From: a virus
Reading direction: 5' to 3' (one strand)
DNA length: 55,986 bases
Virus record (IMG/VR): IMGVR_UViG_3300046713_000343
Part shown: positions 9,000 to 17,117 of the stretch, one piece after another
Position numbering within the stretch: the stretch's first letter is position 1
How the letters are laid out: each line of letters opens with the position of its first letter
Program-made: the position numbers and the translations under genes
Notes under the pieces: generated by a model
Database searches by the model: none
What the model was told of the DNA's origin: nothing
Seen by the model: the letters and a program-made list of their open reading frames with translations, nothing else

Positions 9000-9514
9000 G
9001 CTTCCACGATGCCCTGGGTCTCGAGATCTATCTCGAGTTCGAGCAGCTATCAGCCGGGCTCTGGGCCCGCGTCGAGGATGCGCTCTGGATCCGCCAGCAG
9101 CACGAGCGCGCGGCGTGGTCGGAGCACGGCCAGTGGTGGCGGAGGACGACTCTGGGCAAGCGGCGCTCGCGCGAAGCGCAGATCCGGCGATATGGACAGC
9201 TGCGCAAAGTCGTAGTGGCCGTGGCCGTGTGTAAAGGCTGCGGCAAGCCGTTCGAACGCACTGCATACGACGCCGCCAGGCGGCGCGGGCGCGTCTGCTC
9301 GATCAAATGCCGGGGCCGCGCGCGGCAGAACATCAAACTCGTTCGCATCGGAGGCGAAGCGTTGCCCTTGGCGCGCTGGGCGGAGCGCTACGGGATCGCG
9401 CTGAAGACCGTGTGCAAGCGGATAAAGATGGGACGGACCGTCGTTGAAGCGGTCACGACGCCGGTGTCGCATCGTGGGCACTCCGCGCGGAGCGGCGAGG
9501 TGCGCCATGACTGA
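8996..9514 (+). CDS. Hypothetical Zn-ribbon/HTH-like DNA-binding protein
   Basis: CKGCGKPF...CSIKCRGR cysteine pairs followed by LPLARWAERYGIALKTVCKRIKMGRTVVEAV HTH-like segment. Confidence 0.55.
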   Translation: MSFHDALGLEIYLEFEQLSAGLWARVEDALWIRQQHERAAWSEHGQWWRRTTLGKRRSREAQIRRYGQLRKVVVAVAVCKGCGKPFERTAYDAARRRGRVCSIKCRGRARQNIKLVRIGGEALPLARWAERYGIALKTVCKRIKMGRTVVEAVTTPVSHRGHSARSGEVRHD

Positions 9515-9986
9515 GCGCGAGCGCTGGCCCAGTGACCCGCTCATGTGGCGCCGGCGCACGTCGCCGCCGCTGTCCCCCGCGCCGATCCGCGCGAGCGCCT
9601 GGCAGCTCGGCCCGGTCGTCGTGCTCTCCGCGCTCGAGCTCGTCAAGGCTCCCGATGGCCAAGGCGACGAGATCCCGCAATGGCACATCAGCATCGCTGA
9701 CGTGGGCAAACGGCCAAGTCCGAAGCACGTGCGCCGCGCCCTGCGCGCGTTCGGCATGGTCGGCGCGGAGGAAGATAATCACCATCCGGGCAACGCGCGG
9801 CACTTCTGGATGCCGGTCGATCCCGCGCGCCGCGTCGCCTGCGAATGCAAGGAGGACGAGGCGGTCGTCGTCGAGCCTGACGGCTATCGCTGGACGAATC
9901 CGCACGAGGGCGAGGGACCGTGCCGCGGCTGCGAGTTCGCGGCCATCGCTGGGCGGCCGTGCTCGATCCATGGAGCGCCGCCATGA
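9507..9986 (+). CDS. Hypothetical Cys-containing protein (159 aa)
   Basis: ATG at 9507 overlapping upstream stop; listed ORF frame 9444..9986. Confidence 0.55.
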   Translation: MTERERWPSDPLMWRRRTSPPLSPAPIRASAWQLGPVVVLSALELVKAPDGQGDEIPQWHISIADVGKRPSPKHVRRALRAFGMVGAEEDNHHPGNARHFWMPVDPARRVACECKEDEAVVVEPDGYRWTNPHEGEGPCRGCEFAAIAGRPCSIHGAPP

Positions 9987-10165
9987 ACCTCGCTGGGCTC
10001 GCCGACGTCCAGGTCATCAACTGGAACGATTTCGCTCCGCAAAGCGTCGACCACCGCGTGCTGAATATGCGCTCGGACCGTCGGCCACGAGCTTTGCTAC
10101 AGCGCCGCAGCGGCGCTGTAGCAAAGCTCGTGCTCACCCTTCGAGCTCGCGAGGCCCCACCCTGA
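9983..10165 (+). CDS. Questionable small ORF (60 aa) containing the 47-bp palindrome
   Basis: ATG overlaps upstream stop, but the second half is encoded by a perfect palindrome. Confidence 0.3.
   Translation: MNLAGLADVQVINWNDFAPQSVDHRVLNMRSDRRPRALLQRRSGAVAKLVLTLRAREAPP
10086..10132. repeat. 47-bp perfect palindrome (23-bp arms, 1-nt centre)
   Basis: CACGAGCTTTGCTACAGCGCCGC-A-GCGGCGCTGTAGCAAAGCTCGTG read directly. Confidence 0.9.
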
Positions 10166-10245
10166 GCTTGCAAGGCCGCTCACGAAACATGGCCAAACGC
10201 ATGTTTATGCTTGCCAGGCATATACCGCGCGCGCATATTTAGTCC

Positions 10246-10587
10246 ATGGTTGAGGTGGTCGGCAGCAACGAGTTCGAGGCCTGGTTCGTCGAACTCGTAG
10301 ATGCGGATCAGGATTCGGTCGCGCGCGTCGTTGACATGCTCGAGCAGCGCGGCGTGCAGCTTCCACATCCCTACAGCAGCCAGATCAAGGGATCGTCCAT
10401 TGCGCTTCGGGAGCTTCGCATCCAGTCGGGCGGACGCCCGTTGCGAGTGTTCTACGCGTTCGATCCGGCACGCCAAGCCGTGCTGCTGATCGGTGGCGAC
10501 AAGACCGGGGACGACCGGTTCTACGAACGAATGATCCCGCTCTCGGAACGCATCTGGGCCGAATACCTGAAGGAGACCGGACAATGA
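10246..10587 (+). CDS. HigB/RelE-superfamily toxin (phage Gp49-like, DUF891-type)
   Basis: FEAWF...LRELRIQSGGRPLRVFYAFDPARQAVLLIGGDKTGDDRFY matches the Gp49-like toxin pattern; toxin-first order, ATGA overlap with the HTH partner. Confidence 0.8.
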   Translation: MVEVVGSNEFEAWFVELVDADQDSVARVVDMLEQRGVQLPHPYSSQIKGSSIALRELRIQSGGRPLRVFYAFDPARQAVLLIGGDKTGDDRFYERMIPLSERIWAEYLKETGQ

Positions 10588-10877
10588 AAAAGTGGGGAGA
10601 CATCAAGCGGGCCCACATGAGCCCAGAACGCATCGAGCGTTTGCGACGAGAGGCCACGCTTGAGCTTGCTCAGGCAACTCTCAGAGAGCTTCGTGAGCAA
10701 GCCGGCAAGACGCAGGTGGAGATGGCCGCGCTCACGGAGATGACTCAGAGCGCGCTGTCGCGCATCGAGCGCCGCGAAGACAATCCACTCGAAACGCTTC
10801 GGGCCTACGTCGAAGCTCTCGGCGGCGAGGTCGAGGTGGTCGCCGTGTTCCCCGAGAAGCGCGTGCGGGTGGCGTGA
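10584..10877 (+). CDS. XRE-family HTH antitoxin (HigA-like)
   Basis: LRELREQAGKTQVEMAALTEMTQSALSRIERREDNP is a classic HTH_3 motif; translationally coupled to the toxin. Confidence 0.8.
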   Translation: MKKWGDIKRAHMSPERIERLRREATLELAQATLRELREQAGKTQVEMAALTEMTQSALSRIERREDNPLETLRAYVEALGGEVEVVAVFPEKRVRVA

Positions 10878-10881
10878 GGCC

Positions 10882-11043
10882 ATGGACAGCAAGACGCGAA
10901 AGAGGCTGAAGGAGATGGGCGGCCGCGAAACCACCGTCGCGGAGTTCCTGGGGCTGACGCCGGCAGACGAGCTGATCATCGAGATCCGCCTGGCGCTCGC
11001 CGATGCACTGCGCAGGAAGCGCACCGCCAAGGGCTGCACTTAA
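10882..11043 (+). pseudogene. 53-codon ORF resembling only the N-terminal leader of an XRE antitoxin (HTH part missing)
   Basis: TVAEFLGLTPADELIIEIRLALADALRRKR resembles the segment preceding the HTH in XRE antitoxins; the ORF stops before any HTH. Confidence 0.35.
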
Positions 11044-11070
11044 ATGCAAAAAGCCCGGCCGAAGCCGGGC
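11041..11070 (-). terminator. Rho-independent terminator for the leftward late operon
   Basis: Minus strand reads GCCCGGC-TTCG-GCCGGGC followed by TTTTTGCATTT, 44 nt after the stop at 11114. Confidence 0.75.
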
Positions 11071-11113
11071 GAGGTCAGAGATGGTCGGGCGCGGGGCTCC
11101 GCGCCGAGGTGCC

Positions 11114-11344
11114 CTACTCCGGCTCGCCGGGCTCGACCTCTTCGTGCTGGTCGAGCTCCTCCTCGAGCAGCGCGAGCGCAAGCACACAAGCGTCGCGGTC
11201 GCCGATCTCGATGACGCAGAAGGCGCGGTCGCCACGCGTGACGGGGCCCTGCTTCATGTTGCCGTACCGCATCCAACAGCGATCGGTAAGGAATGCGCCG
11301 ACGACGAAGCCGCCGAGCGCGACGATTCCCTCGAGGCCGGTCAA
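11114..11344 (-). CDS. Small protein with N-terminal hydrophobic segment and acidic tail (76 aa)
   Basis: TTG start overlapping upstream TGA (TTGA); GIVALGGFVVGAFL TM-like segment; GC-rich third positions. Confidence 0.45.
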   Translation of the reverse strand: MTGLEGIVALGGFVVGAFLTDRCWMRYGNMKQGPVTRGDRAFCVIEIGDRDACVLALALLEEELDQHEEVEPGEPE

Positions 11345-11718
11345 GGTCCGCCGCCCTCCGGCACGATGTGGGCCTCGGTGCCCACGTCCTTGAGGAAGTG
11401 TCGCCCGCGCGCAGCCGCGGCGAGCCGCTTCGGTTCCGGCGGCCCCGTCGGCGCCGTCCAGTCCTCGACCAGGCGCTCGACGATGCAGACCACGGCTTCG
11501 GGCCCGCGTCGGAGCGCGAGCTCGGCGAGCTCGCGCGCGCCGCACGCGGTGAGGCGGCTGTCGTCTTGATCGTCCGCGACCAAGATGAGGGTCACGACGT
11601 TGATCAGGTCGCTCACGCCCGGCGTGCAGTGGATGAGCTTCGGCCAGTTGATCGGCGGGAGGTTGGCGCACGACGACAAGCAGGCCGCGCACAGCACGGT
11701 CAGGAGGAGCTTCCGCAT
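11341..11718 (-). CDS. Lipoprotein (125 aa)
   Basis: MRKLLLTVLCAACLSSC signal peptide with lipobox; ATG abuts upstream stop (TGAATG). Confidence 0.75.
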   Translation of the reverse strand: MRKLLLTVLCAACLSSCANLPPINWPKLIHCTPGVSDLINVVTLILVADDQDDSRLTACGARELAELALRRGPEAVVCIVERLVEDWTAPTGPPEPKRLAAAARGRHFLKDVGTEAHIVPEGGGP

Positions 11719-13356
11719 TCAGCCGGTGCGGCCAAGGGCGGTGTCGATGGCTTCCGCTCCAAAGTTGATCGCAGCATCCATCTTCGGGCATTCACGCGGC
11801 GAGGCGTCGATCGCGTGGTCGAGATCCTCCATCCAGCCCCAGCAACCATAGGGGCTGTACTCGCTGACCAGCGTGTAGAGACAGAGCGGCCCGTCGAAGT
11901 GCGAGCCCGTGCCATAGAGGTACGCGGTCATGCACGCGTACATCGCGGGGTGCCTGTTGACGGCCTTGATCTTGTTCTGGACGCCCGCGTTGGCCGCGTC
12001 CCAGTAGTAGAGGTGCTGGCCGCCCTCGTAGGCACAGAAGCCGAGGTCGCGCGCCTTCGCCTGCGCCTTGTTGCGCGTCACCTCGGCCAGCACCGCGGGG
12101 ATGTCTTGTCGGACCATCGCCGTGATGATCTCGACCTCGCTCTTGCTTGCGAAGCCGGGGTCGTCCGCGCGCTCGCCTGAGATGTACGGCGCCGTCGCGA
12201 GATAGTCCGCATGCTCATAGGCGGCGTCGCCGTCCGTGTAGAGGCCGATCGTGCTCGGGTAGTCGAGCAGGATGTCGATGCGCATGTCGAAGCCCGTCTG
12301 CGACGCGAGCACATGCTTCACGCGCAGCTCACCGCCGAAGGCCGCGACAAACTTCTCCCGCGCGTAGCGGCCCATCATGGCCTGGAAGCCAAAGCGCGAG
12401 TCGTAAGTGTTCGGGAAGCCTGCAGCGACAGCGCGCGCGAGCACATTGCGGCCGTTGCTGAACGCGTCGTTCCACAGCTCGTTGCCGAACTCGAGATACG
12501 CCTTGAGCGGCGCTTCGAGCTCGTCCGCGCAGAGCTGCGCGGCGCCGTCGATCCAGCTCGTCTCGGCCTGCTCGGGGATGTTCAGCCAGAGATCCGACTT
12601 GTTCAGGTTGCAGATCTGGATCGCATACTCGATCGCGATGCCCTTGGCGCCGCCTTGGATCGCATAGTCCGGCGTGATGCGGTCCGCCCAGGTCGCGGTG
12701 GTGTTGTAGGGCGAGCCCACGTCGTTGATCCTGAAGGTGTCCATGAACCGCAGCACCTGGAAGGGCTTCAGCGCCTTCGCCAAGGCTGCGTGGATGAGCA
12801 CGGTCTCGTGGTCGTCCTCGTGCGCGATCGGTACGATCACGAGATTGCGCACGGGGTCGCTGCGCTCCGAGCGCACGATCATGATCGCGACGCGGTCCTC
12901 GGCGTTGCCCTCGAGGTCGAGCAGGTAGCGATTCCCTGCATGGCTGACGATGCGCCCGCCGAAGTCGAGCGCGAGCTCGCCGTCGCCGTCGAACGTGGCG
13001 ACGTACTGCCCGTTCGCCGGGAGCCGGGCTTGAAAGCCTGCATACGCGCCACTCCCAGCCTCGACTTCGACCGGGTAGCCGTCCGGGCGCAGGGGGATGC
13101 GTTCGCCGCCCCCATAGCCCCAATCGGGCGCCTGCATGCGCAAATTCAAAAACAACCCGCAGATCGGGTCGAAGTAATTGCACTGCGGTAAGTTCACGGA
13201 GAGGCCCGACGACCCGCGCTCGGGCGGCTCGGGCTCCGGCCCAGGCTCTGGTGGTGGCTCCTCGTCGATGGGCTCGCCTTCGCCCGTGAGCGCGAACGTC
13301 TTCGTGTCGCTGTCGACGCTCAGTAAACCGGTGACCGACCATTTCTTGATTGCCAA
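11719..13356 (-). CDS. Glycoside-hydrolase-like (clan GH-A TIM-barrel-like) enzyme with Pro/Glu-rich N-terminal linker
   Basis: TTG start at 13356 lies 8 nt after GAGGAG. YLEFGNELWN (Asn-Glu acid/base-like) and FCAYEGGQH (nucleophile-like) motifs are present, with linker EEPPPEPGPEPEPPE. Confidence 0.55.
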   Translation of the reverse strand: MAIKKWSVTGLLSVDSDTKTFALTGEGEPIDEEPPPEPGPEPEPPERGSSGLSVNLPQCNYFDPICGLFLNLRMQAPDWGYGGGERIPLRPDGYPVEVEAGSGAYAGFQARLPANGQYVATFDGDGELALDFGGRIVSHAGNRYLLDLEGNAEDRVAIMIVRSERSDPVRNLVIVPIAHEDDHETVLIHAALAKALKPFQVLRFMDTFRINDVGSPYNTTATWADRITPDYAIQGGAKGIAIEYAIQICNLNKSDLWLNIPEQAETSWIDGAAQLCADELEAPLKAYLEFGNELWNDAFSNGRNVLARAVAAGFPNTYDSRFGFQAMMGRYAREKFVAAFGGELRVKHVLASQTGFDMRIDILLDYPSTIGLYTDGDAAYEHADYLATAPYISGERADDPGFASKSEVEIITAMVRQDIPAVLAEVTRNKAQAKARDLGFCAYEGGQHLYYWDAANAGVQNKIKAVNRHPAMYACMTAYLYGTGSHFDGPLCLYTLVSEYSPYGCWGWMEDLDHAIDASPRECPKMDAAINFGAEAIDTALGRTG

Positions 13357-13515
13357 GGGGGCTTCTCCTCTGCGCGATGAGCGTGCTCCTCGCGTCGATG
13401 TGTTGGCGCAGGCCTGCGGATCGCTTGCCGAGCGCGCGCGACGGGCGTCAGCTCTGCAATGACTCGACGACGACAAGGGCGGCCGCGCACCAAGCGACCG
13501 CGCCGCACGTCTCCC

Positions 13516-15093
13516 TCAGGTCTTCAGGACGTAGCAGTCATTCGCTGGGTCGCCCATCGTGTTCCCGAAGCCGGTGGTCGCAACTGAGGCCTCGAGGTTC
13601 GCCCAGTTCAGAGTGCGCGCCGCGGTGAACGTACCGACAGCCTTGTCAAAGGCGCGCGCGGTCGCATCCCCACCAAACGTGAAGTCGCTGGCAGCGCTCC
13701 TGACGACCGTGATGGCTGAAGCGGCTTGGTTTGTCGTGATCCTGGAGCCTCGCTCGAGTGCGGCGATGGGTACGGTGTTGCCCACGCCCCACACGGCCCC
13801 GTTGATGCGCGCTTTCCCCAGCCCGGTGCACGAAAACAACGAGCCCGACGTCACGTTGCGGAAGCACACCCCGTCCAGCAGCAGATCGGCGCTACGAGCT
13901 GAGACGCCATATCCGACAGCGTTGAAGACGATATTGTTGCGAATGGTGACGCCAGACGGCGTGGTGCTGCCCGTTGACCACGCCACCCTTGAAAGCCCAC
14001 CGTTGCTGAACGTGCGCGTGTAGTTGTCGTTCCCATCAATTCCCGCGGCCAGCCCAGACGCGAACAAGCAGCCGTTGCGGTAGATATTGCCGCCGCTGAA
14101 ACGACACGTGTGCGCCGAGCCGCCGAAGATGCAGCGATTGAGAAACAGGTTCGCGCCTTGGCTGGAAAACCGCGAGAACCCTCCGTCAAACTTGATGTCG
14201 GAGAAGGCGACGAAGTTGCCAGACGTCGTCACAGTAGCCGCGGCCAAAGTGGCGCCGTGGACGTAGGAGGTGACCGTTCGGCCGTTGGCGGTATTGGTGC
14301 TCGCCGGACTGGTGGCGGTCGGCACCGTCACCAGGTCGGCTTGCCACGGGCTCACGACGGCATCTGCAACCCCGCCCGACAGGCCTCCGCCTTGCTCGAT
14401 CACCCACGCACTGTTGCCGACGCTGTCGATGACCAGGCGGCTCAGTTCCGCGGAGCTGGTCCAGCCTGCGTCGCCATGAAAAGACGAATCGACATTCGTG
14501 GCAGGAGCGGCATTCACCACCGAGCTAATCGCGGTCGTCGTGACCGGCAGCAGCGCGCCGCGGTAGTGGAAGCTGCCTCCCGCCGATGGCGGGCAAAGCA
14601 CGCCCATTACAAGCGGGTCGAGAGCGCCTACCGCGAGAACGGTCTGCGCAATCTTGGAAGCGAACGCTGTACCCAGGCGACGCAAAAGTTCTGCGTTCGT
14701 CTTGATGGGTCTCGCGATGTCTGCCCCGTCCGCCTCGTCCGATCCGCCAGCGAAGGTGCCAAGGTTGGTGAGCGCCGACGCGCTGGCACTGGCATTGATG
14801 TAAAAGGTCGCCTGCGCGGCCCAGCTCGGGTGCGGAATGCACAGACGCTCCCACCGCCAGTTCCCACCCGAAGCGTGCGGGAGAATCACGTTGGCACTCA
14901 GTGCCGGCGGCGAGCTCCTGTTGGAGCTCAGGAAATAGTCCCGGTACGATTTCACGAAGACCGTCACGTACTCGACGGTGTTCGCGAGCGCGCTGAGTTC
15001 CGCTGCGTTGGCTACCGGGTCAATCGCGCCGCCGCCTTCGGGCGTGGTGCCGCTGCTTCCGACCCCGCCGAGCGTGAAGCTCTGGAAGCCCAC
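13516..15093 (-). CDS. Tailspike/tail fibre protein with parallel beta-helix-like repeats
   Basis: Gly/Ser/Thr/Asn-rich; repeated N-x-C/F-x-G-G segments (NRCIFGGSAHTCRFSGGNIYRNGCLFASG); position at distal end of tail module. Confidence 0.6.
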   Translation of the reverse strand: MGFQSFTLGGVGSSGTTPEGGGAIDPVANAAELSALANTVEYVTVFVKSYRDYFLSSNRSSPPALSANVILPHASGGNWRWERLCIPHPSWAAQATFYINASASASALTNLGTFAGGSDEADGADIARPIKTNAELLRRLGTAFASKIAQTVLAVGALDPLVMGVLCPPSAGGSFHYRGALLPVTTTAISSVVNAAPATNVDSSFHGDAGWTSSAELSRLVIDSVGNSAWVIEQGGGLSGGVADAVVSPWQADLVTVPTATSPASTNTANGRTVTSYVHGATLAAATVTTSGNFVAFSDIKFDGGFSRFSSQGANLFLNRCIFGGSAHTCRFSGGNIYRNGCLFASGLAAGIDGNDNYTRTFSNGGLSRVAWSTGSTTPSGVTIRNNIVFNAVGYGVSARSADLLLDGVCFRNVTSGSLFSCTGLGKARINGAVWGVGNTVPIAALERGSRITTNQAASAITVVRSAASDFTFGGDATARAFDKAVGTFTAARTLNWANLEASVATTGFGNTMGDPANDCYVLKT

Positions 15094-15095
15094 GG

Positions 15096-15428
15096 TCAGC
15101 CTACCTTGCCGATTACGATCGCCTTGATGTGCCCGGTCCCCGACGCGATGGTCGCGACCAAGCGATAGTAGGCGGAGCGCATGCCGTTCACCTCAACGAC
15201 TTGGTTGAGCGCTCCAGTGAGAGCCTCGAACGTCACGATCGAGACCGCCATCCACTTGTCCGGATTCGCCTGTGGATCGTTGTTGGCCTCAAGGACCACC
15301 GTGCCGGTCAAGCCGTCCGAGATGACCTGAAAGGAGCCTCCGTTGAGGTCTTCGAAGTCCATGCCGAAGCCTTGGATCGCTGCAGCTCCCGAGACGTCTC
15401 GATCGATCCCGGAGTCCAACCGTCCCAT
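15096..15428 (-). CDS. Hypothetical tail-module protein (110 aa)
   Basis: Listed ORF, tightly packed in the fibre locus. Confidence 0.6.
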   Translation of the reverse strand: MGRLDSGIDRDVSGAAAIQGFGMDFEDLNGGSFQVISDGLTGTVVLEANNDPQANPDKWMAVSIVTFEALTGALNQVVEVNGMRSAYYRLVATIASGTGHIKAIVIGKVG

Positions 15429-15440
15429 TTTCTCTCTCCT

Positions 15441-15896
15441 TCACGTGGTACGCGCCACGATCCACCAACCGCTCGCGCCATCGCTCATCAAGACGAGGCC
15501 CGCGCCGGTTGCGTTGATCGCGATAGGAGTCGTCACGCCCTGCAGCGTGTTGCCGGCGCTCGGCGCGACGCTGACGTTGCTGCCGGCGACGTTGAGCACG
15601 CCGACCTGGCCGTTCTTCTTGGCTGCGGCCGGCGGCAGGGTCACGATGCCGCCGCCCGCGCCCATGCGCACGTACTCGCCGTAGGCAGCTTGATGGTTGC
15701 CGGTCTGCACGGCGCCGGTGAAACCTGGCGAGCCTTCGACGATCAACCGATTCGCTTCTGCGACCGGGTCCGTCTCGAGGCGGACGCCGGCGCCCCGGAT
15801 CGCGAGCTTGGCGTAGCGCGGGAGCGTGATCTCGACCTCGCCTGTCGCGTCGATGAGGTCCTTGACGCCGTCGATGTCGTCGAGCCAGTCGGACAT
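15441..15896 (-). CDS. Hypothetical tail fibre-associated protein (151 aa)
   Basis: Listed ORF, Gly/Ala/Val-rich beta-like sequence, abuts next gene. Confidence 0.6.
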   Translation of the reverse strand: MSDWLDDIDGVKDLIDATGEVEITLPRYAKLAIRGAGVRLETDPVAEANRLIVEGSPGFTGAVQTGNHQAAYGEYVRMGAGGGIVTLPPAAAKKNGQVGVLNVAGSNVSVAPSAGNTLQGVTTPIAINATGAGLVLMSDGASGWWIVARTT

Positions 15897-16445
15897 CTAC
15901 TTGATCCGCGCCACGGAGAGATAGCCGGTCGCGATTGAGAGAGACGTGCTGCCCGTTCTCACGTCGATGGCGTCGTTCGCAGCTAGCGCGTACACACCTC
16001 CAAGGGTGATGTGCACTCGGCGCGGGCTGCCCCCGAAGGACGATGCCTCCGAGGCGACTTGGTAAAGTACACCGTTGATGCGCAACTCGGCGGACGCTGG
16101 GTCACCTTCGGCCCCGCCGAGTACGAGTTCCCCCGAGATATGCGCGTCGATCAGATAGAGCGCCGCAACTGGCACCACGACCGCGTCGGCGACGATCGTT
16201 AGACCCTGCGTCGCCTGAAGCGTCAGAGGCACCTTGGTCGTTGTACCGACAACGCCGCTAGCCAGCAGGTAGCGACCAAATTGCGTCGCGGCCTCGATGG
16301 CATCGAGCCGATTCTTTTGCTGCCGCGTGCGGTTTGCGAGCCCCTGCAATCCGACTTGAAAAACAGCGCCGTTGGCGGGATCGCCATCGTTCGGCGCCAC
16401 GATCGGATCTGTAAAGGTGCTGGTATCGGTGAGGTTGACCGTCAT
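15897..16445 (-). CDS. Tail fibre protein (182 aa)
   Basis: N-terminal DPIVAPNDGDPANGAVFQVGLQGLANRTRQQKNRLDAIE resembles tail-fibre N-termini; follows the gpI-like gene as in P2. Confidence 0.5.
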   Translation of the reverse strand: MTVNLTDTSTFTDPIVAPNDGDPANGAVFQVGLQGLANRTRQQKNRLDAIEAATQFGRYLLASGVVGTTTKVPLTLQATQGLTIVADAVVVPVAALYLIDAHISGELVLGGAEGDPASAELRINGVLYQVASEASSFGGSPRRVHITLGGVYALAANDAIDVRTGSTSLSIATGYLSVARIK

Positions 16446-17117
16446 CTATTGGACTCCGACGTAGACATGTTCGCCGCCGATCACGAGACCGGGCTCGCCG
16501 ATGATGTGGCCCGTGCCGATCGTCCAACCCGTGAGCTCGAAGACGATCGCGGGGCATCGCCAGTGCCCTGGCTTGAACTTCTTCACGATGAGCCGCAGCG
16601 CACGCAGCTGCGCCGAGGTGATCCCTTGCGGGCCGATGGTGGTGCCGTCGCCGACGATGAACGTTCCGATCAGCGCGCCGGCGCTGGTGACCGGATGCAT
16701 GCCGGTCCCGAAGAACACGATGAACTGGCTCCACGAGCTCACGCCCAGCCAGTTGTACATGTAATAAATCTGCGCGTTCGGGAAGCCCGCCGCTGCCAAC
16801 TGCCCGAGGATGCTCGTCTCGTCGCCCGCGTAGGGCCAGTCGGTCCACGCGCGCTGCAGGCGCGCATGGTATTGCGCCCACGTCTCGGTCGGATATCTCG
16901 GAAGCGAGAGCTCCTCACCCGCCGGACCGAGCGCGTCGTAGGCGGGACCGTTGCCCTCGCGATCGCCGATCCAGAATGCGCGCACCGCTTGGCGGCTGCC
17001 CTCCGCGAGTCGATCGAAGAGGAGCGCCATGGCTCCGAGGAAGCGCTCACCAGCCGCGCTACGCAGCACCCGCGGCGCGATGCGCGCGGCGTACTGTCGA
17101 TAAGAGTGGCGCGGCAT
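16446..17117 (-). CDS. Baseplate protein, P2 gpI-like (by position and weak similarity)
   Basis: Immediately downstream of, and overlapping, the baseplate J-like gene. Confidence 0.4.
   Translation of the reverse strand: MPRHSYRQYAARIAPRVLRSAAGERFLGAMALLFDRLAEGSRQAVRAFWIGDREGNGPAYDALGPAGEELSLPRYPTETWAQYHARLQRAWTDWPYAGDETSILGQLAAAGFPNAQIYYMYNWLGVSSWSQFIVFFGTGMHPVTSAGALIGTFIVGDGTTIGPQGITSAQLRALRLIVKKFKPGHWRCPAIVFELTGWTIGTGHIIGEPGLVIGGEHVYVGVQ

Noticed and set aside
13516-16445. Diversity-generating retroelement or invertible segment at the tail fibre locus
   Set aside because: No reverse transcriptase, template/variable repeat pair, invertase gene or flanking inverted repeats were seen by eye.
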